The position numbers and the translations under genes are program-made. A DNA stretch of 64,000 bases from Ascidiella aspersa (taxonomy: Eukaryota): positions 7,378,001-7,442,000 of the forward strand of contig OZ004615.1 of NCBI GenBank assembly GCA_963924565.1, given 5' to 3'. The notes below the pieces were generated by a model. That model worked only from the letters and a program-made list of their open reading frames with translations. It had not been told where the DNA came from and did not search any database. Below are positions 40,316 through 55,300 of this stretch, piece after piece. The number at the start of each line of letters is the position of its first letter. Position 1 is the stretch's first letter.

Positions 40316-43300
40316 TCGACGGACTGGGTTCGTATGAAGCTGGTGCAATGCTCGCCAAGCGCGTTCGAGATAGGACGGAACCTGAAAGAGGCCCAGAAGC
40401 TGCAAGAACAACACGAGCAGCTGCTGGGAAAGATCAAGGTAAGGACACAAGATAAATCTGAAAAAGAATGCGTTTCGGGTATCGCTATAGTAGTGGATAG
40501 AGGATTGTTTTGTTCTTTTAGGAGAGCTGTAGCTAACTAGAGTTACGGTAAAACATTCGCACAGCAACGAACGCCTAAATATTTGTTACTGGCTTTACAA
40601 GACTAGAATATGGTGTTACCTCGATACGTCAAGCTTTTCCTGTTAGATTTGACACCACTCGGCAAACGTACCAACCAAAACGTATGTTAAATTAGAAGTT
40701 TGTCATGATTCGCCAGAAATATATGTAAGAATATTGGCATAACAGGTAACTGAAAAATACAATAATGGGGGCCTTGTGAAGGTGAGTCTAAGTCGAACAG
40801 ATTGTAAATGTCGAACCTAAAAATACACTTATTACTGTATATACGCCTCTAATAAACCAAGTACACTTTTTCCAGGTCAACCGCGAAACTAATAAACGCG
40901 GTATATAATATTAATGCCGCCGCCGTTAATTATATTCTATCTAAGCCATATTAAATTAGCCTATTATCTTGAAATAAAGGTTTTTTGTTGTAGAAATGAG
41001 TTATTTTAGTAAAGAATAATGCGTTGTATGCCGTTCTTTAATATTTGTTTCGAACAAATCTGGCAATGACATAAACACTGCTACGGAAAATTCTCTATAT
41101 CTCTACAATTTGCAAGAAGTAATAGATGGTGTAAAATAAGCTATTCTTTCCTTCAGTACGTTAAACATTTCAGAAAATCACGTTTCAATTGCGCAATGTC
41201 GTCTTTATACCACCAAATAAGGGCCGGCTTCAACCATGGTAATGAAATCACAGTTTAGGCCTACATGCTGCTGTCACCCAAACGCGACCATTACAGTAAT
41301 TACTACAACGTTGTCACAAATGTCAGAAATAGTTAACAAATAAAAAATAGCCATATCTCAAAAACTATAAATCAATTTAATAAATCTGACTCCAATTTGT
41401 AATAAGCACCCTAAAATTGTACCCTAAATGCGGTAAAACATTGCTGACATCCTTATTGTTTGTTGTTGTTATTGAAAAAAATAAGTAATTAATTATAGTC
41501 AAGTGGGTTTTATCCCTGAAACGTAATTGTACATAGCGAAACCAAAGTCGCCAGATGTTACGCGACCATAAAAAGTTCAAGAACCACTCACGAAAAGGAG
41601 TGTCGCTCATTCGCAGGAGAAAGAAGATGTGGTCGTGGCGCTCCTGGAGAAGGAACAACAATCGGACGCCAGCCTGAGCGACGACCAGCAAACCCTCGGA
41701 ACTTCCCCGCCGAGCCCCATCTACACCCAGGAGCCGGGGTCTTCCAAGGAGCGGAAGATGCACAAGGCGATGAGTCACTCGTTGTGCGATCTCTGGCAAG
41801 ACTTGAACGAGCTCTTGGCTCGCCGACATTCGCTGCTTAACACTTCGGTTCGGTTCTACGACGCATCGCAAAAGGTGAAGCGAATTGATTGCCATGTTCT
41901 TTACTACGGCTGTTGGAATTTCTGTGGAAGAGCCCCCGGCCTTGTAAATATCGCAGTTACCAATAACTTATATAGTTAAGGAAGGGATTTCTAAACTTTT
42001 TATACCGCGGGCCCCTAGTTCTTTTTTGCCTCGCGTTAACCACGGTAGGCAAGAAATTTTTAAAAGTAACGTCACAAATTGACTTCACAATACAAATAGA
42101 CTTCATAAATCTACTGATATCGGACAAAAAACGTGAAAGTGAGATCAAGTCGAAATACATTCAGTGCAAAACCGTTTTATTATTTCGTAAATATACACTA
42201 ATATTTCAATTAGACCTTCATGGACCCCCTAAAACTATAGTTCACGGACCCCCGTTTAAGAACCCCTGAATTAAGGGCCATAATAAATCGACCCTTGTTG
42301 TTACTTTAAACAAAAAGGTGCGATAGAACTGTCCCCGGTGGTAGTGGTGTTAATTAACAAGTAGTATCTCGAGAAGCATATTGATTTGAATATTTTGTTA
42401 AATAGCCGTACAGATTGAATGTAAAGTTAGATAAGTTTATAGCCTTTCATTGCCTTACAACGAACCTTCATACCCCTATACCGATATATGTACGATACCA
42501 GTTATATTTATCCGCTGGATAATTGATATCCTATACGTCATACGAGATAAAGTTCGTTTTTGATCTTTGATTTAACATAAAGGGGTCACACAAAGGTCGG
42601 TTTTACACTTTTATAACGGGTTTTCTGTCACACAAACTAATAGCGAAACTGATATAAGTACTTAGTTATGCTATTTGTGGACACTGCATTCAGCCATAAC
42701 GATGGGTTTTAGCAATTTGGTTTGTCGAAACTATACCGTTATTTATAGTAGGGAATGACATCGATATTATTTCCATTGACCATATTTAGCAACACAAACA
42801 AACTTTAATACTATGCAGTTGGCATTAAATTTATTCACTCATAAACTCCCCATTTCACTGCAGTTCGGCAACCAGCTGACCTGCATGGAGCAGTATCTTA
42901 ACTGGCAGGGTCTGCCGGCCGATAGGGCCAGCGCCACCAGCCTTCTGGCAACACTGGAAGAGATGCACCGGGACATGACGGCGGCCAATCGATCGTGCAC
43001 CACCTGCGGTCGAGAACTCATGAACATGCTCAAGGCGCTTAAGACCAGGAACTCAGAGCGACACAAGGTTAGCGGAGATGGTATTTTGGGACCTACAAAT
43101 ATTTACGATGCCTATTTGACGGGGCATTGACAGCAATTTTTGCAGGGTTACAATCGGCCAACAGGGGCGAGCCTCTAGGACATAAAAAAGTTGGCAAAGG
43201 TACATAAAAAAGTTGGCAAAGGTATATATTATATAAAAAAAACGTGGCAAAGGTATAAAATCGGGACGTTGCATTTCGTATATGAATGATGAAAATATTT

Positions 43301-46300
43301 GTGGGGCGCGCGAAAAAATCCATTCATAAGGTTGACAAGAACATTCATTTTTTCGAGTTTCACGATATGCATGGCGCCTTTGGGTCACTTATGTGTCGTT
43401 TTATCAAGCTTAAATTAATTAAAATTTTATACAATATTTGCGCGATTCGCTTAAAACATTTCATTTAGTAAAAATAGAAAAAAACCGTGCTCCTACTGGA
43501 TCCGCTTGTTGGCCAATGCGCCATGAAATATTTTCTTGTGACATACAAAAGTTTTAATAATTAAAAAAAGTAAACTTTAGCAGTCATAAATAAATTTTGA
43601 ACGGAGCAGCAAACATAAGTATTGAGAAACTCGCCAAAAAGAAGGGATGAAATTATTTCCTTGAAACATCCCTAAATACACACCACTTGGCTACTAAAAT
43701 AAGTAGAACTGGTTTTGCAATCCCTTAGCCAGACTTGACAAACTAGATAATTTTAGTTTTTTAAATTCAAAGAATAAGAGCAAAATGTGGCTAGTTCTGT
43801 TATTCTTATCTTATTTAGATTTTACCAAAAATTCTACTTGGGATATTATTGTCTTTTATTAGAAACGAAGTGTTTGAATTATTACCTTTTGGTCAAAACA
43901 ACTTGTTGGTGATTTTTACGGTAAAGCATACGCTGTGCTAAAAAGTAAAAACATTCGCACAGGAGTATTTATCGTTTACAATTTATTGAGAATAAATTGC
44001 GATTTAAACCAAATCGATTGGGAATATATGAATATATTCTTAGTTTAAATTCTGTTTTTTTCTTAGTAATTTTACTTAGTAATTTTGAACTTAGTAATTT
44101 TAATTCACATCTAATTGAAGAAAATTAAAAATATCTAATTCTAGTTACAACCTAATTTAGAAAAACTGAAATGCTCTAATTGTATATAATCTAATTTTAA
44201 AAAGTTAAAATAAATCTAGTTGTCGAAGTGTGCCCTGGACGCATCGTTGGCTAATAACGAAATATTTTTATATATTTCCCACCTTTGCAAAGAGTTCTGT
44301 CCCATATTTAAAAAATGACTTAATAAGGGGTTGGCTTATGACGTTCAGCAATTTCACTCCAAATTGTTTCAGGCGAGTTTCGGCGGCGCTTGCACGGCGA
44401 TCGAGTGCACTCTCGAGTCCCTGGTGGAGCGGAGGAACCAGATCGAGTATCGCCATGAAAAGAGAAAGCAGGAGCTGGAGCACGCGCTACGCGTCAGGGA
44501 GTGGGAGGAGCAAGTCGACAAGGTATGTCATGGTTGTGATCAAAGAATGATAAAAGGGCAGCAAGGGACAGCGCTTTAACAGCGACTTTCACTTTTAACT
44601 TTAATTCTTTAAAAAAAGTTGGGACCATTACCGCTTTTTGTGCAGTAAAACAAACATGGTTTCAAACCTTTTTTGCGTCATATTATTATGCTATAGTTCA
44701 GTGGGTTTCTTAACCTGTAGCTAGTTTCACCCAAAGGGATAATTTGACAATTTTGTAGGGGAAATTTTGGCTATGACACTAGATCATATATTTGAAAGCT
44801 AGTTTACAGCCTTGCAACAGTTTAAATTTTAATATTTGTTTGAATGCAAATTATTATTATAGATCTGTTTAGTGTCATTTATTTTTAATCGCTTCAATGT
44901 CATATTTTAAAACTTTGTGAAAAGGGTCGATTGAAATACAAAATTAGGTTATTCGTCGGGAAAGTGACCTAATAAGAACCACAGCCATAGAAGGCCATTG
45001 AACCACAGCTATATATAAAAATATTGTAACAGGAACCACAGCTATAGATGAAAATATTGTAATAAGAACAATTAACGTTTTTTATCATATTTTTTCACTG
45101 ACTTGAGTGATGTTTCCTAGACTTAATCCTATATCGCAGATTGTCGACTGGTTCGACATGACGCGCGAGAAGGTTCTGGAAGATCGCGACCTCGGATACG
45201 AGAAATCAAACACGGAAGGAATCCTTTGCCACTTGGAGGAAGTAAAAGAAAGGGCACAGGTGGTAATTTAATTTATAACTAAAGTTACGATTACGTGCTT
45301 GAATAAGAAACGTGAACACCCACCCTGAAAAATATCTTATGATTTACATAACAAATTTTAATCAGTACTTGTTGAATGATTTGTTTGTAACTCACGTTTT
45401 TAAAGCGTGGCTGTGTTCTTTTGATGATGCACATTTTGTACAGCTCATAGCGGGTTTTGCGATTATTGAAAGACAATAAACGACATATATTGTACAGAAC
45501 TTTGTTATTATCTGACGGTAAAATGATGTCTGTAATAAAAGTCCTATTTTAACGCAAACTAAACTTTGGCTGACGAGTCGCACAGTTTCTTTTAGCAGTA
45601 TACGTCTATTACAAGCTTTTTTAGTCATATTTAAGTTATTACAGCATATAAGCGATTTTTATATTTTACAACATTTTTTATATCTTTCCATTGTTAAAAC
45701 TGTGAAATATAAGTTATCTTGCTCACCTAAATTAATTAAACTTACAGAGTAGTTCAAGCATGATTTAAGAAATTCTATATTTTGTTCAATCGATTAAGGT
45801 TAAAATCGAGGAAGCGAAAGGTTTGGTGCACAGAGGAAGGGATGACCTGAAGGCGTTCGGAGCCGATCTTGTGTCTTCAAAGTCCTCCGAGATGGACGAG
45901 ATCGGAGAGAGCTTCATGAAGTCCCTGGATCTGAGGAGGGAGGAGCTGAAACAAGTCTTGCTTTTTTTCGATCTTATAAAACAGGCGAGTTGCAGGCAGA
46001 CCTATAAGGAGAACTTGCCACCTAGATGTTGGGAAATGTCGGTAGTGTTGTTGTTGGCCCAATTTGGCAAAACTTCTGATGTTTTAGCGAGGGTTGTGAT
46101 AGTGATATGATAAGGGTAGTGCTATTGAAATAATTGGATGAAAAGTGTATATGTCGCAGCCGTTGTAAAACTGTTTTGCGGCACACTATAACTATTAAAA
46201 CAAATTCGCGGTACACTATTTGCAAACCGTACAAATATAACACAAAGAACAAAATGTTCTGCGGCGTACTTGCGAATCTTTCAAGGCACACAGTTTAAGA

Positions 46301-49300
46301 ACTACTGCTCTACGGTGGTAGGTATAATCATTATTCTAGTGTCTGAGTTATTAGCTCTTTTTCTACTCTATTATTAGTTATCGAAATTAGACAGCTGTCA
46401 GTCCTTTTCCGTTTAGTCTTTTATAATGTCTGTTGAAACCTATTAAAACCATTCACTGCAACCCTTTTCCACACATCGCTTTCTGCCGAAAGACAAAAAA
46501 AATTGTACTGCCGTTTACAAATAGGCATCATTTTGGGCTTTGTGGCATGTTAATCATTAGTTCAATACGCGTATGATACCGTAATGTATAAGGTAACATA
46601 CTTCCACATTTCGTAACATCTTCATACGTCACGCAGGCCGTTTCTTCCCTGGAGGAGTTGGAGCGGAGATTGCGGAGCGGCAAGTTCTCCCTTGTTCCGG
46701 AGGAGGCCGAAGAGCAATACTCCAAGTTTACTTCGAGCATCCAAGCCGCCGCCGACACTCCTCTCGATAAAGCAGAAGCCATTCTGAGCTCAACGTAAGG
46801 ACGCGTCATTAAAACCTATGATGTATATAGGGTAGTAGCACTGTACCAGTACTGTAGTTACTCAACTTTTATAAAGCAAATTTGAACAATATTCAGCGAC
46901 CAGTTAACGAGTCTTGCGTAAACTGACGTTCTCCACGGAGGAGTGCAATAGTCACTATAGTTGTACTTAACTGGTTTAACCTAACGTTTTGATTAACTTA
47001 GTCATTTGTTTAAATTTGCTGTCATTTACCATGTCGATTTTTTCTGTAATTTTGGAAACATATATTATATGACGAATCATATAGATCTGATAAAATATTG
47101 GTATGTTTTTTTTTTGAAAAAACCCGCTATGTCACGTTAACTGCGCCATGTTGTTATATTTTTAAAATCTAGATCAACGTGTTCAACCTGCGGCCGTCGA
47201 TGAATAGTTTTTTCGGCCGTTAACACATATTATAATAAGCATGTTTTGGCGGCCGTGCCCGTGCTGGCATGCGTTAATGGTTGATATGCTAAATGCAGAT
47301 TAGGATTTTTTACGACTGATGCAAAAATAGGTCAGTCTAGCAAATGTATAACAATCTGAATGAGGATGTCACATAAGAAGATAAAACAAGAATTGATTAT
47401 ATATAATTAACGGCTGAGCAGGCATGTGTTGTGCTAGTTGTGAGTGGGATTATGGCAAAACTGTCGGACAGATTGAGTGGTAGTTATAAAAAGTCTTGTT
47501 TAAACGAATAAGTTGTGTGAGTGTTTCTAAACTGTTATTAAGCAAATGAAGAGAAAATATATTGAAGATTAAATGACCATCAGGCACAAAAAACCTGTAT
47601 TTCGGTAATAGGCCAAAAACCCCAAAAATTAAATTATAAACCACAGACAGTAGGCACTTGGTCCCAGGTCAACAAGCTTTGTACCACCCTAAAACTGCAT
47701 GCGCGCCGTTTCGACAAACAGCCGCTCAGCTGCGTCACGTGTCTCATTTAAAAACCCATTAGTTAAACCCAATAAACGCATTTTTTTCGCGCTTCACGCG
47801 ATTATAATATATTTCAGTTCTATATTTTTGCACGAGATCATTATTGAACAATTAGTATATGAAGAATAACTTTTCTATGACGTCACGTGACGTCATATCT
47901 AAAAAAAAAGGTTGGACACCCCTGAGCTAGATGAACCGATATGTCTTTTTTACGAATGCTTTTGTCTCATTGCCACAACTAACTTAAGTAAAAACCAACT
48001 GGACAGAAAACCCGATTTTTGAATAACAACTATCACTAAAAGCATTTAACAATAAACTGGAGCGTTTTTTGTATAATACATATTTACCGAATATAAGTTA
48101 GATTTGAACACCATTATATACCTTATTATTTATTCCCTTATTATTTTACATTTATCACGCAGAGAGCACTTTAAACCTCCTTTGTTATTTTCCAGAAGCG
48201 AAGAGGAGCAAACGGCAGCTGAGGGAATCGTTTTCTCCCGAGATGCGATCATCCGGAGAAAAGAAGAACTTCTGGGCATTATTCGGAGGCATCGTCAGGA
48301 CTCTTCCCGCATCAACGACATGATGAACCTCTTCTTCAAGAATTGTGAACAGGTATTGGTAAACCGATTTGGTAGAGAATTGTACACACTATACTTTTAT
48401 TTTGTTGTGTATATTTTTTATATATAGAGCGCTATCCAAATATTCGAAGAAGATTATTATGCTTAGCATATCTAAATCAGACCTGGGGAACCTACGGTCC
48501 AAGTAATTTAACCCGGTGGTTATTTTTCAAAAACCTTTTGGAAAAAAATTAAATCCTTTTTTTTGATTTTGGACTATTTTATTAAAATTTACATTTGTAA
48601 GGCATCCTTGCCAATTCCTACTCTTACCAGCTTGTCAAAACAAGAATAATTACAGGTTTATTTAAAAAAATCACACTTTATACTATATTTTAGATTTATT
48701 TTAGATTCACTTGTTGTGTATTAGATACACTTTTCAAAAAGAATTACCCTCCCCTGGTCTAAATAGTTTCGTCCAACGAAATAAATTTAGTATATTTTTT
48801 CCTCGCACTGGTATTTTTTACACTCAGGGGCTTTATGTACATAATATAAAGGTTTGTAAGATGCACTTCGTTTCAATGCACCCCAGTTTGTATTTCATGC
48901 TAACTCTCTCATTTGCAGCTCAAACTCTGGACTACCGAAGTGGCAGAGGGAATGCTTTCCGCCAACGGTGCTATGGGAGATAACGAGGAAACAGCGTCGC
49001 AGCTGGTTCTCTGGCACAACATGCTCGCTAAAGACGTTCAGGTTAATACGTGTTTGCATTGTCATCTTGTTTATCTTTAATTTGCGAGCATTTTTTTCAA
49101 TTGTGCTTGTAAATTGCGGCCATGAATTTAAATGACAGCAAACACTCTTCAGAATATTTTGGCATATTTATCAAAGTCCGTCATTTAGATTTTCTTTGAA
49201 TTGTAGAGATGATGCAATATGTCAAATTTATTTTCTTATGCATCTAGTAAAATGGAGGACTTTGAAATTTTTAGATAATACTATGAAGAATCTTGAAAAT

Positions 49301-52300
49301 GAGAATGATTAAAGAAATTAGTTGAAATGTTGAAAATAAATATTCGAAACAAAATATGCTACGTAGAAATTTATTAAAATGAATATGGGGTTTGATACTT
49401 AGTCTCCTTCTAACAACAGCCTCCAGGAATTATGCTCGAAAATCTGGCGACTTTTTGCCGAAGATATTATTCCTGGTCTACATTTCTCTTGCTTACATAA
49501 TTTGACAAAACTACCCGCGTTTTGCCGCAGGCGAAATCTTGTGACCTTGAGATTCTCGTGAAAACGGCCAATGACCTTTTGGACGTCGGGGTCAGCAAGC
49601 CGGTCGAGGTCAGAGACCGGGCCAACGAGGTCAGGATGTCGTGGGCCACCATCAATAGAAAGATTGCGCAACGGGTCGCCTTGGCCAACAGCTTCGTGGA
49701 TTTTATGAACGAATTTGAGAAGGTATTTTTGTGCAACGAAACGGAAAATATCGCCTTTAAAGATCGAATTATCAAATATCGATTAATAAAATGCATATGC
49801 TGGTTAGTAAAAATTGTTTTACGCTATAGCTGAACGTAGCATGCTTTAAAATAATTTAAACACATAATCTGTCGAAGTACGTGGTTGTTATTTATTCGGC
49901 CAAATATTTAACATTAACTTATCGATTGGTTTATTATATATTTCAACTCGTTTATTAAACACAAAACCTGATATTTCCTAAAACTGTGACATCTCTACTA
50001 GGGGTTTCTCATATCATAAAATAGGCGCAAACCAAAGTTAGTTCAATACTATGTATATAAAATAGTAACGTTTCCTATTCTAGACGCTTTGATTGGATGT
50101 GGTTTACATTCATTGCTTTAAACGCTATTCACTCGACCCCCTTTTGTGAAACGAGTTTCACGCGGATCTAATAGCAGGGTTAAAAACGATAATGGTTTAT
50201 TTTGTGAGAAGACAAGCAATATAATTTCCCTACAAAAGTATTGCGTGTCGTTCCTATATAGAACAGTTGCTTAACTGTTTAGTGGAGTCAAATCGGAGAA
50301 GCATTTAAACGGGCCTAATTGGCCCCCTTTTTAAATTATAAATTTATGACCAGCTATCGAATTAATGCACAATCACAACCTGAATGGCCTAATAAATTGC
50401 ATGAAACTGCTTTTCTATCTTGCAACGTTTAAAGATAGCTTCTCATATCATTGTCAAATTTAAACTGATATATATAGTTGTCAAATCACCCTTCAGGGGT
50501 AATTACCCAAAGATTAAAGAACCACTGCTATAGAGATATTAGCGGTTTACCCAGTACTTCAACTCAAAACCCGTGTCCTACAGATTAAGGTCGAAATCCA
50601 GCTTACACACGCCAACGTGTCAAGCCACAAGCAACGCAAGCTGAGCGAGGTGGCTCAAAAGGATCTGCGCGGACTGGAGGAGTCGGTCAAACTCGTACAT
50701 GACAAATGTCTCCAGCTGAACGAAAAGGGAAGCTCGACCAGCGCTAAACTGAAGGAGGGGATTGCTGGTGAGTTGTGTAGCCAACGTAATTCGAAAATAA
50801 AAATCATTGCTGGCAGTTTCTTAACTAGATTAGGTAGTGAAATTATTTCGTAATGCTAGAACTATTGCATATGGATTTTAAAGAGGTAAAAAATATGGAT
50901 TTATAGATCCAATAAGACTGCAGACTTTTTTATACAACTGTAGGCTTACCACTATAAAACAGATCCACTATAAAGCAGTCTGTGGGGGTTCCTTTAGTAT
51001 TTTGCATTTATTCGTTTTATTGCTTATCCACGATGTGTTAAACTATAGTATAGATCAGAGTTAGATCAATTACATTAATTCAGTTTATATCCAAATACAA
51101 TTACTCCCTTAAATATTTCAAATACATTACAAATACAATTACATTAAAATCTGTAATTAATTGCATCAATTGCAATTTTCGGCATTGAAACGTCAATGTT
51201 CTCAATATCAAGTAATAAGCCAATTTTTTGCAAATTTTAATTACAATTGCAAAGAATGAAAATGCCTCAATTATATTGCAATTACAACTACATTAAAACC
51301 TGGAATTAATGACATCAATTACAAATTACAATTGATCAAACTCTTATATATATAGTATATAAAAAACGGGTATTTTGATATAAAAATGATGCATAACTTG
51401 CGCTTTTGCGTTTACCTTATTGCGTCAAAAACTGAGAACGGCCCTGATCTGCAGAGGACGAGTTCGACACCAGCGGCGCCACCGAGTCGATAGGTGAGCG
51501 CCTTCAGGAAATACATCGGCTCAAGGGCGAGATGTCAGACGTGTGGCTGTCGTGGAGGTACAAGTCGGGCGTGAGTCGGGAAACAGACGCGCAGTGGAAA
51601 CAGATCGAGAAGAACATCAACCGGGTAAGTTTGGTTTGACCAACTTTCCAGGCAAAGAGCCGCTTCGGCAGCGGTGTTGTTTGTAAAGAAAGGTATACTG
51701 TTAGCATATAAATTTTCTGTGATCAACATCCCTAACAATTAATTGTGACAACTTTTATAAGTCATTAAAAACAAGGACTATGACATATTGGTAATGTAGT
51801 CCTTTTTATCATTTTTTTTTTTAATTTGTTTTCTTTTATCATTTCTTCGTTTTTTATTTTCGCTGAATTAAAGATGATTTTAGTGAAATGAATCTTATAC
51901 TTAGTATACATTTTCGATATATAAAGTAAAATTAGACAAAACGCAATACTATTTAGGAATTTTATACGGCAAATGTCTTCCTACACTTCAAGTCATAATG
52001 TTTGTTGCAAATTGATTGGAGGTTTTAGTTTGACATATAAGAATAGCAAAGCCCATAGAAATGCTACATATACTTATATATAGGCTTTGATATAGATTCT
52101 TGTATCAAATATGCAGCTTATGGGATCTCTGGAAAACGTGGAGCAGTCGGTTTTCATCAACGACGAAATCGAATTCGGAGAGGACTTTGAGAGAAATCAG
52201 GAACTGACGCGAGCGCTTGAAATCAAACAGACTCTCCTGCAATCTGTACACGCCGAGATCGAAAAAACAGTTACGGTGGGAACTTGGTTAAAATATATTG

Positions 52301-55300
52301 CCAGCTTAATCATAATATTAAAAGTACTTCGGGTTGTCGTTACAACCATGTTAATATGTATTTGTTATTACTCGTATACAAGCATGGTTCACTGTTTAAT
52401 ATATACTGCGATAAAGTGAGCATTACAATGAATTTAAAAATCAATCTATAAATTAACAAAAAAATATTTTATTTTTATTTTTAGGGTTTTGAAAACGCAT
52501 ATTGTAAAGTTGTATTGTATTAGTGCATAAGAAAAGACAGACATCTTTCTATGCAAATTAGGCTTAAAATACTTTATATTTTTCTTGTACAAATATTACG
52601 TTATTAAAATGTTAAAAACGGTTTAAATAATCAGCCTTGCAGCCGTTAGTTTTGTTGGGTTTGCTCTTTTTTACGACTAGTGTGAATCAACAGTCAACAC
52701 ACATTACTCTACAGATCTATTATACAGTGTTGTAAAAAAAACTTTAGTCACTTTTTTTCAGATGACTCGACTTGACTTAAGTCATTTTGGAAAAAAATGA
52801 CTTTGACTTGACCAAGTCTTTCGAACAAATGACTTGAATTAAAAAGAGGTGTTTTCTTAAAGCATTTTTTTTATAAAATGAGGTTATTATATCCTTATAT
52901 TTCTACATAAAACAATTTTATTGCTATATGTTGCTTTTTTGTTACCATTTGGTTGTTTTATTGCTCGTAATCGAGCTAGTGTACCAATTTTTATGGTTTA
53001 ACGTTTGCTTTTTATGACAAGGACTTAACTTAAGATTAACTTGCTATAATTTTGACTTGACTGGGACTTAACTTGTGATTTATTGAAAAAGTCTTGACTT
53101 AGACTTAAGTTATTTTACGAATGCCTTGACTGCGACTTAAGTCATTTTAAAAAACTTGACTTATAATTTGTTGTAAAAGTCTTGACTTGGACCTAAGTTA
53201 TTTTACGAATGACTTGACTGAGACTTAAGTCATTTTGAAAAACTTGACTTGCAATTAATTGAAACGTCTTGACTTGGACTTAAGTTATTTTATGAATGAC
53301 TTGACTGAGACTTAAGTCATTTTGAAACAAAAAACAAATTTACAACACTGTTATAATAATACTGATACGTTATGACATTAGCACGGCGAGCTCTTCGGCT
53401 TGCGTTCGCCCGGCAAAGAAAAGAGCGCGACGGAAGAGACAGGAGCAGAAGAGGACGAAGAAGATACGCAGTATCCGGTAAGGAGGAGGATTAGGGCTCT
53501 TCTGGTCCGTCACCAGATGCTCAGCACCAGGATGAAGCATTACAAGAGCGCACTGAAGGCGGCAGCGACGTGCCACGAAAACGTTGTTAAGGTTTGGCTG
53601 CATTGCTTACAGTACGTTTGAATTTTTTTGCCTTTGGATTTTTATATGAGCGTTGCGATGTTGTTGGATGCTGGTTTGACACAAGTAATTACAGTCTTTA
53701 TTTCAGAAGGTCCTTCAATGGTATTACGCTATTTGATGTATATAGAGTAGTTATTTTTAAATTGAAGTCCGGCGATCCTTGGGGCTTCGCGCAAAAAGTT
53801 GAACTTAAATAACCCTGTAGCGCATTTTGTCCAATGCCGGCACGTTTTACGAGAGAATGTTACTATTGCAACTTAACGCAGTTAAGGTAATTGCAAACTC
53901 TGCACCTGACATTACACGTTTGTCGCTCGCCCAATAACGCTTGATTGACCCTTGCTGATTAGGCAAAGGTTATCGCGAAAAACGTTGTAAAGGTTTGGAT
54001 GCAATGCTTTCAGTACGTTTACATTGATTTTTTGGCCTTTGGATTATGATATAAGCGTTGCGATGTTATTTGATGCTGGTCTGACACAAGTTATTACAGT
54101 CTTTATTTCAGAAGGTCCTTCGATAGTATTACGCGATTTGATGTATATAGAGTAGTTATTGTCAAATTGAAGTCTGGCGATCCCTGGGGCTCCGCGCAAA
54201 AAGTTGAACCTAAGTAACCCTGTAGCGCATTTTGTCCAATGCCGGCACGTTTTACGAAAGAATGTTACTATTGCGACTTAACACAATTAAGGAAATTGAT
54301 AACTCTGCACCTGGCGTTAGACATTCGTCGCTCGCCGAATAACGCTGGATTGACACTTGCTGATTAGGCAAACGTTAACGCGAAAAACGTTATTAAGGTT
54401 TGGTTACAATGCTTTTAGTACGTTTCAATCGAAATATTTTTTGGCCTTTGCATTGTAATATAAGCGTTGCGATGTCATTGCTTGCTGGTCTGACACAAGT
54501 AATTACAGTTAATATTCCAAATTTTCGTTTGATAATATTGACTGCAAAGGTACGCGTTTTGATGTATATAGAGTAGTTATTGTCAAATTGGGGTCTGACG
54601 ATCCCTGGGGCTCCTCGCAACATACTTTAAATTCATTGAATGGTAAATTACATTAACAAGAGTATATCCTCCTTATTGCAGTTTTATGATTATAAATTGC
54701 TTGTTTAAAAATGCGGTAAGTGGTTTGTACCGGATTTAATCTTGATTTGAATCTAATAAAGGAAGCATAAGGGACCGGACTAATGAATTTAAAAAACACT
54801 GATAAAGCCTGCATATAGATAAAGTAATAGTTATGTGGCTCGAAATTTTTTTTGATTTGGACACATGTATTTTTGTCCTTTTCTGATTGTTTTTATTCGA
54901 TCCACAATTCGGACAATAATAAATTGCTGAAAATGTGATAACAAGGTATGTGATATTTGAAACCTAGATTGCTGCATGTAAGCTACATAATTTTGAAAAA
55001 TATTTTTAAAATCGTGGCTATTAACATATTTTGTGTAAATGGTGGAATTTTGGAGTTACTGTCATAAAAGATATCTATAGGTGGCACATATCTGCTGGAG
55101 CCCATAAGTTTACAACTGCTTAAAAACTATATAAAACCACAACAAAAATAACAAGTAGAATGTATTGCACTTTCAGCTACGTCAGGCCATTAAAGAATCC
55201 GAGAAAGAGCTAATGAGCAAAGACTCACTGCGTGACGTCATCGACATGCCGAGCAGCCCTAAGAAGGAGGCCTTCGTCACGGTCCTGCTTCGCAGTCACG

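Noticed and set aside
41377-41895. 172-aa minus-strand ORF and similar antisense ORFs over GC-rich exons
   Set aside because: Shadows of codon-biased + strand exons.
52725-53350. Regularly spaced GACTTAAGTC repeats resembling a CRISPR array
   Set aside because: Eukaryotic context, no unique spacers, bounded by TIRs and TSD; it is a MITE.
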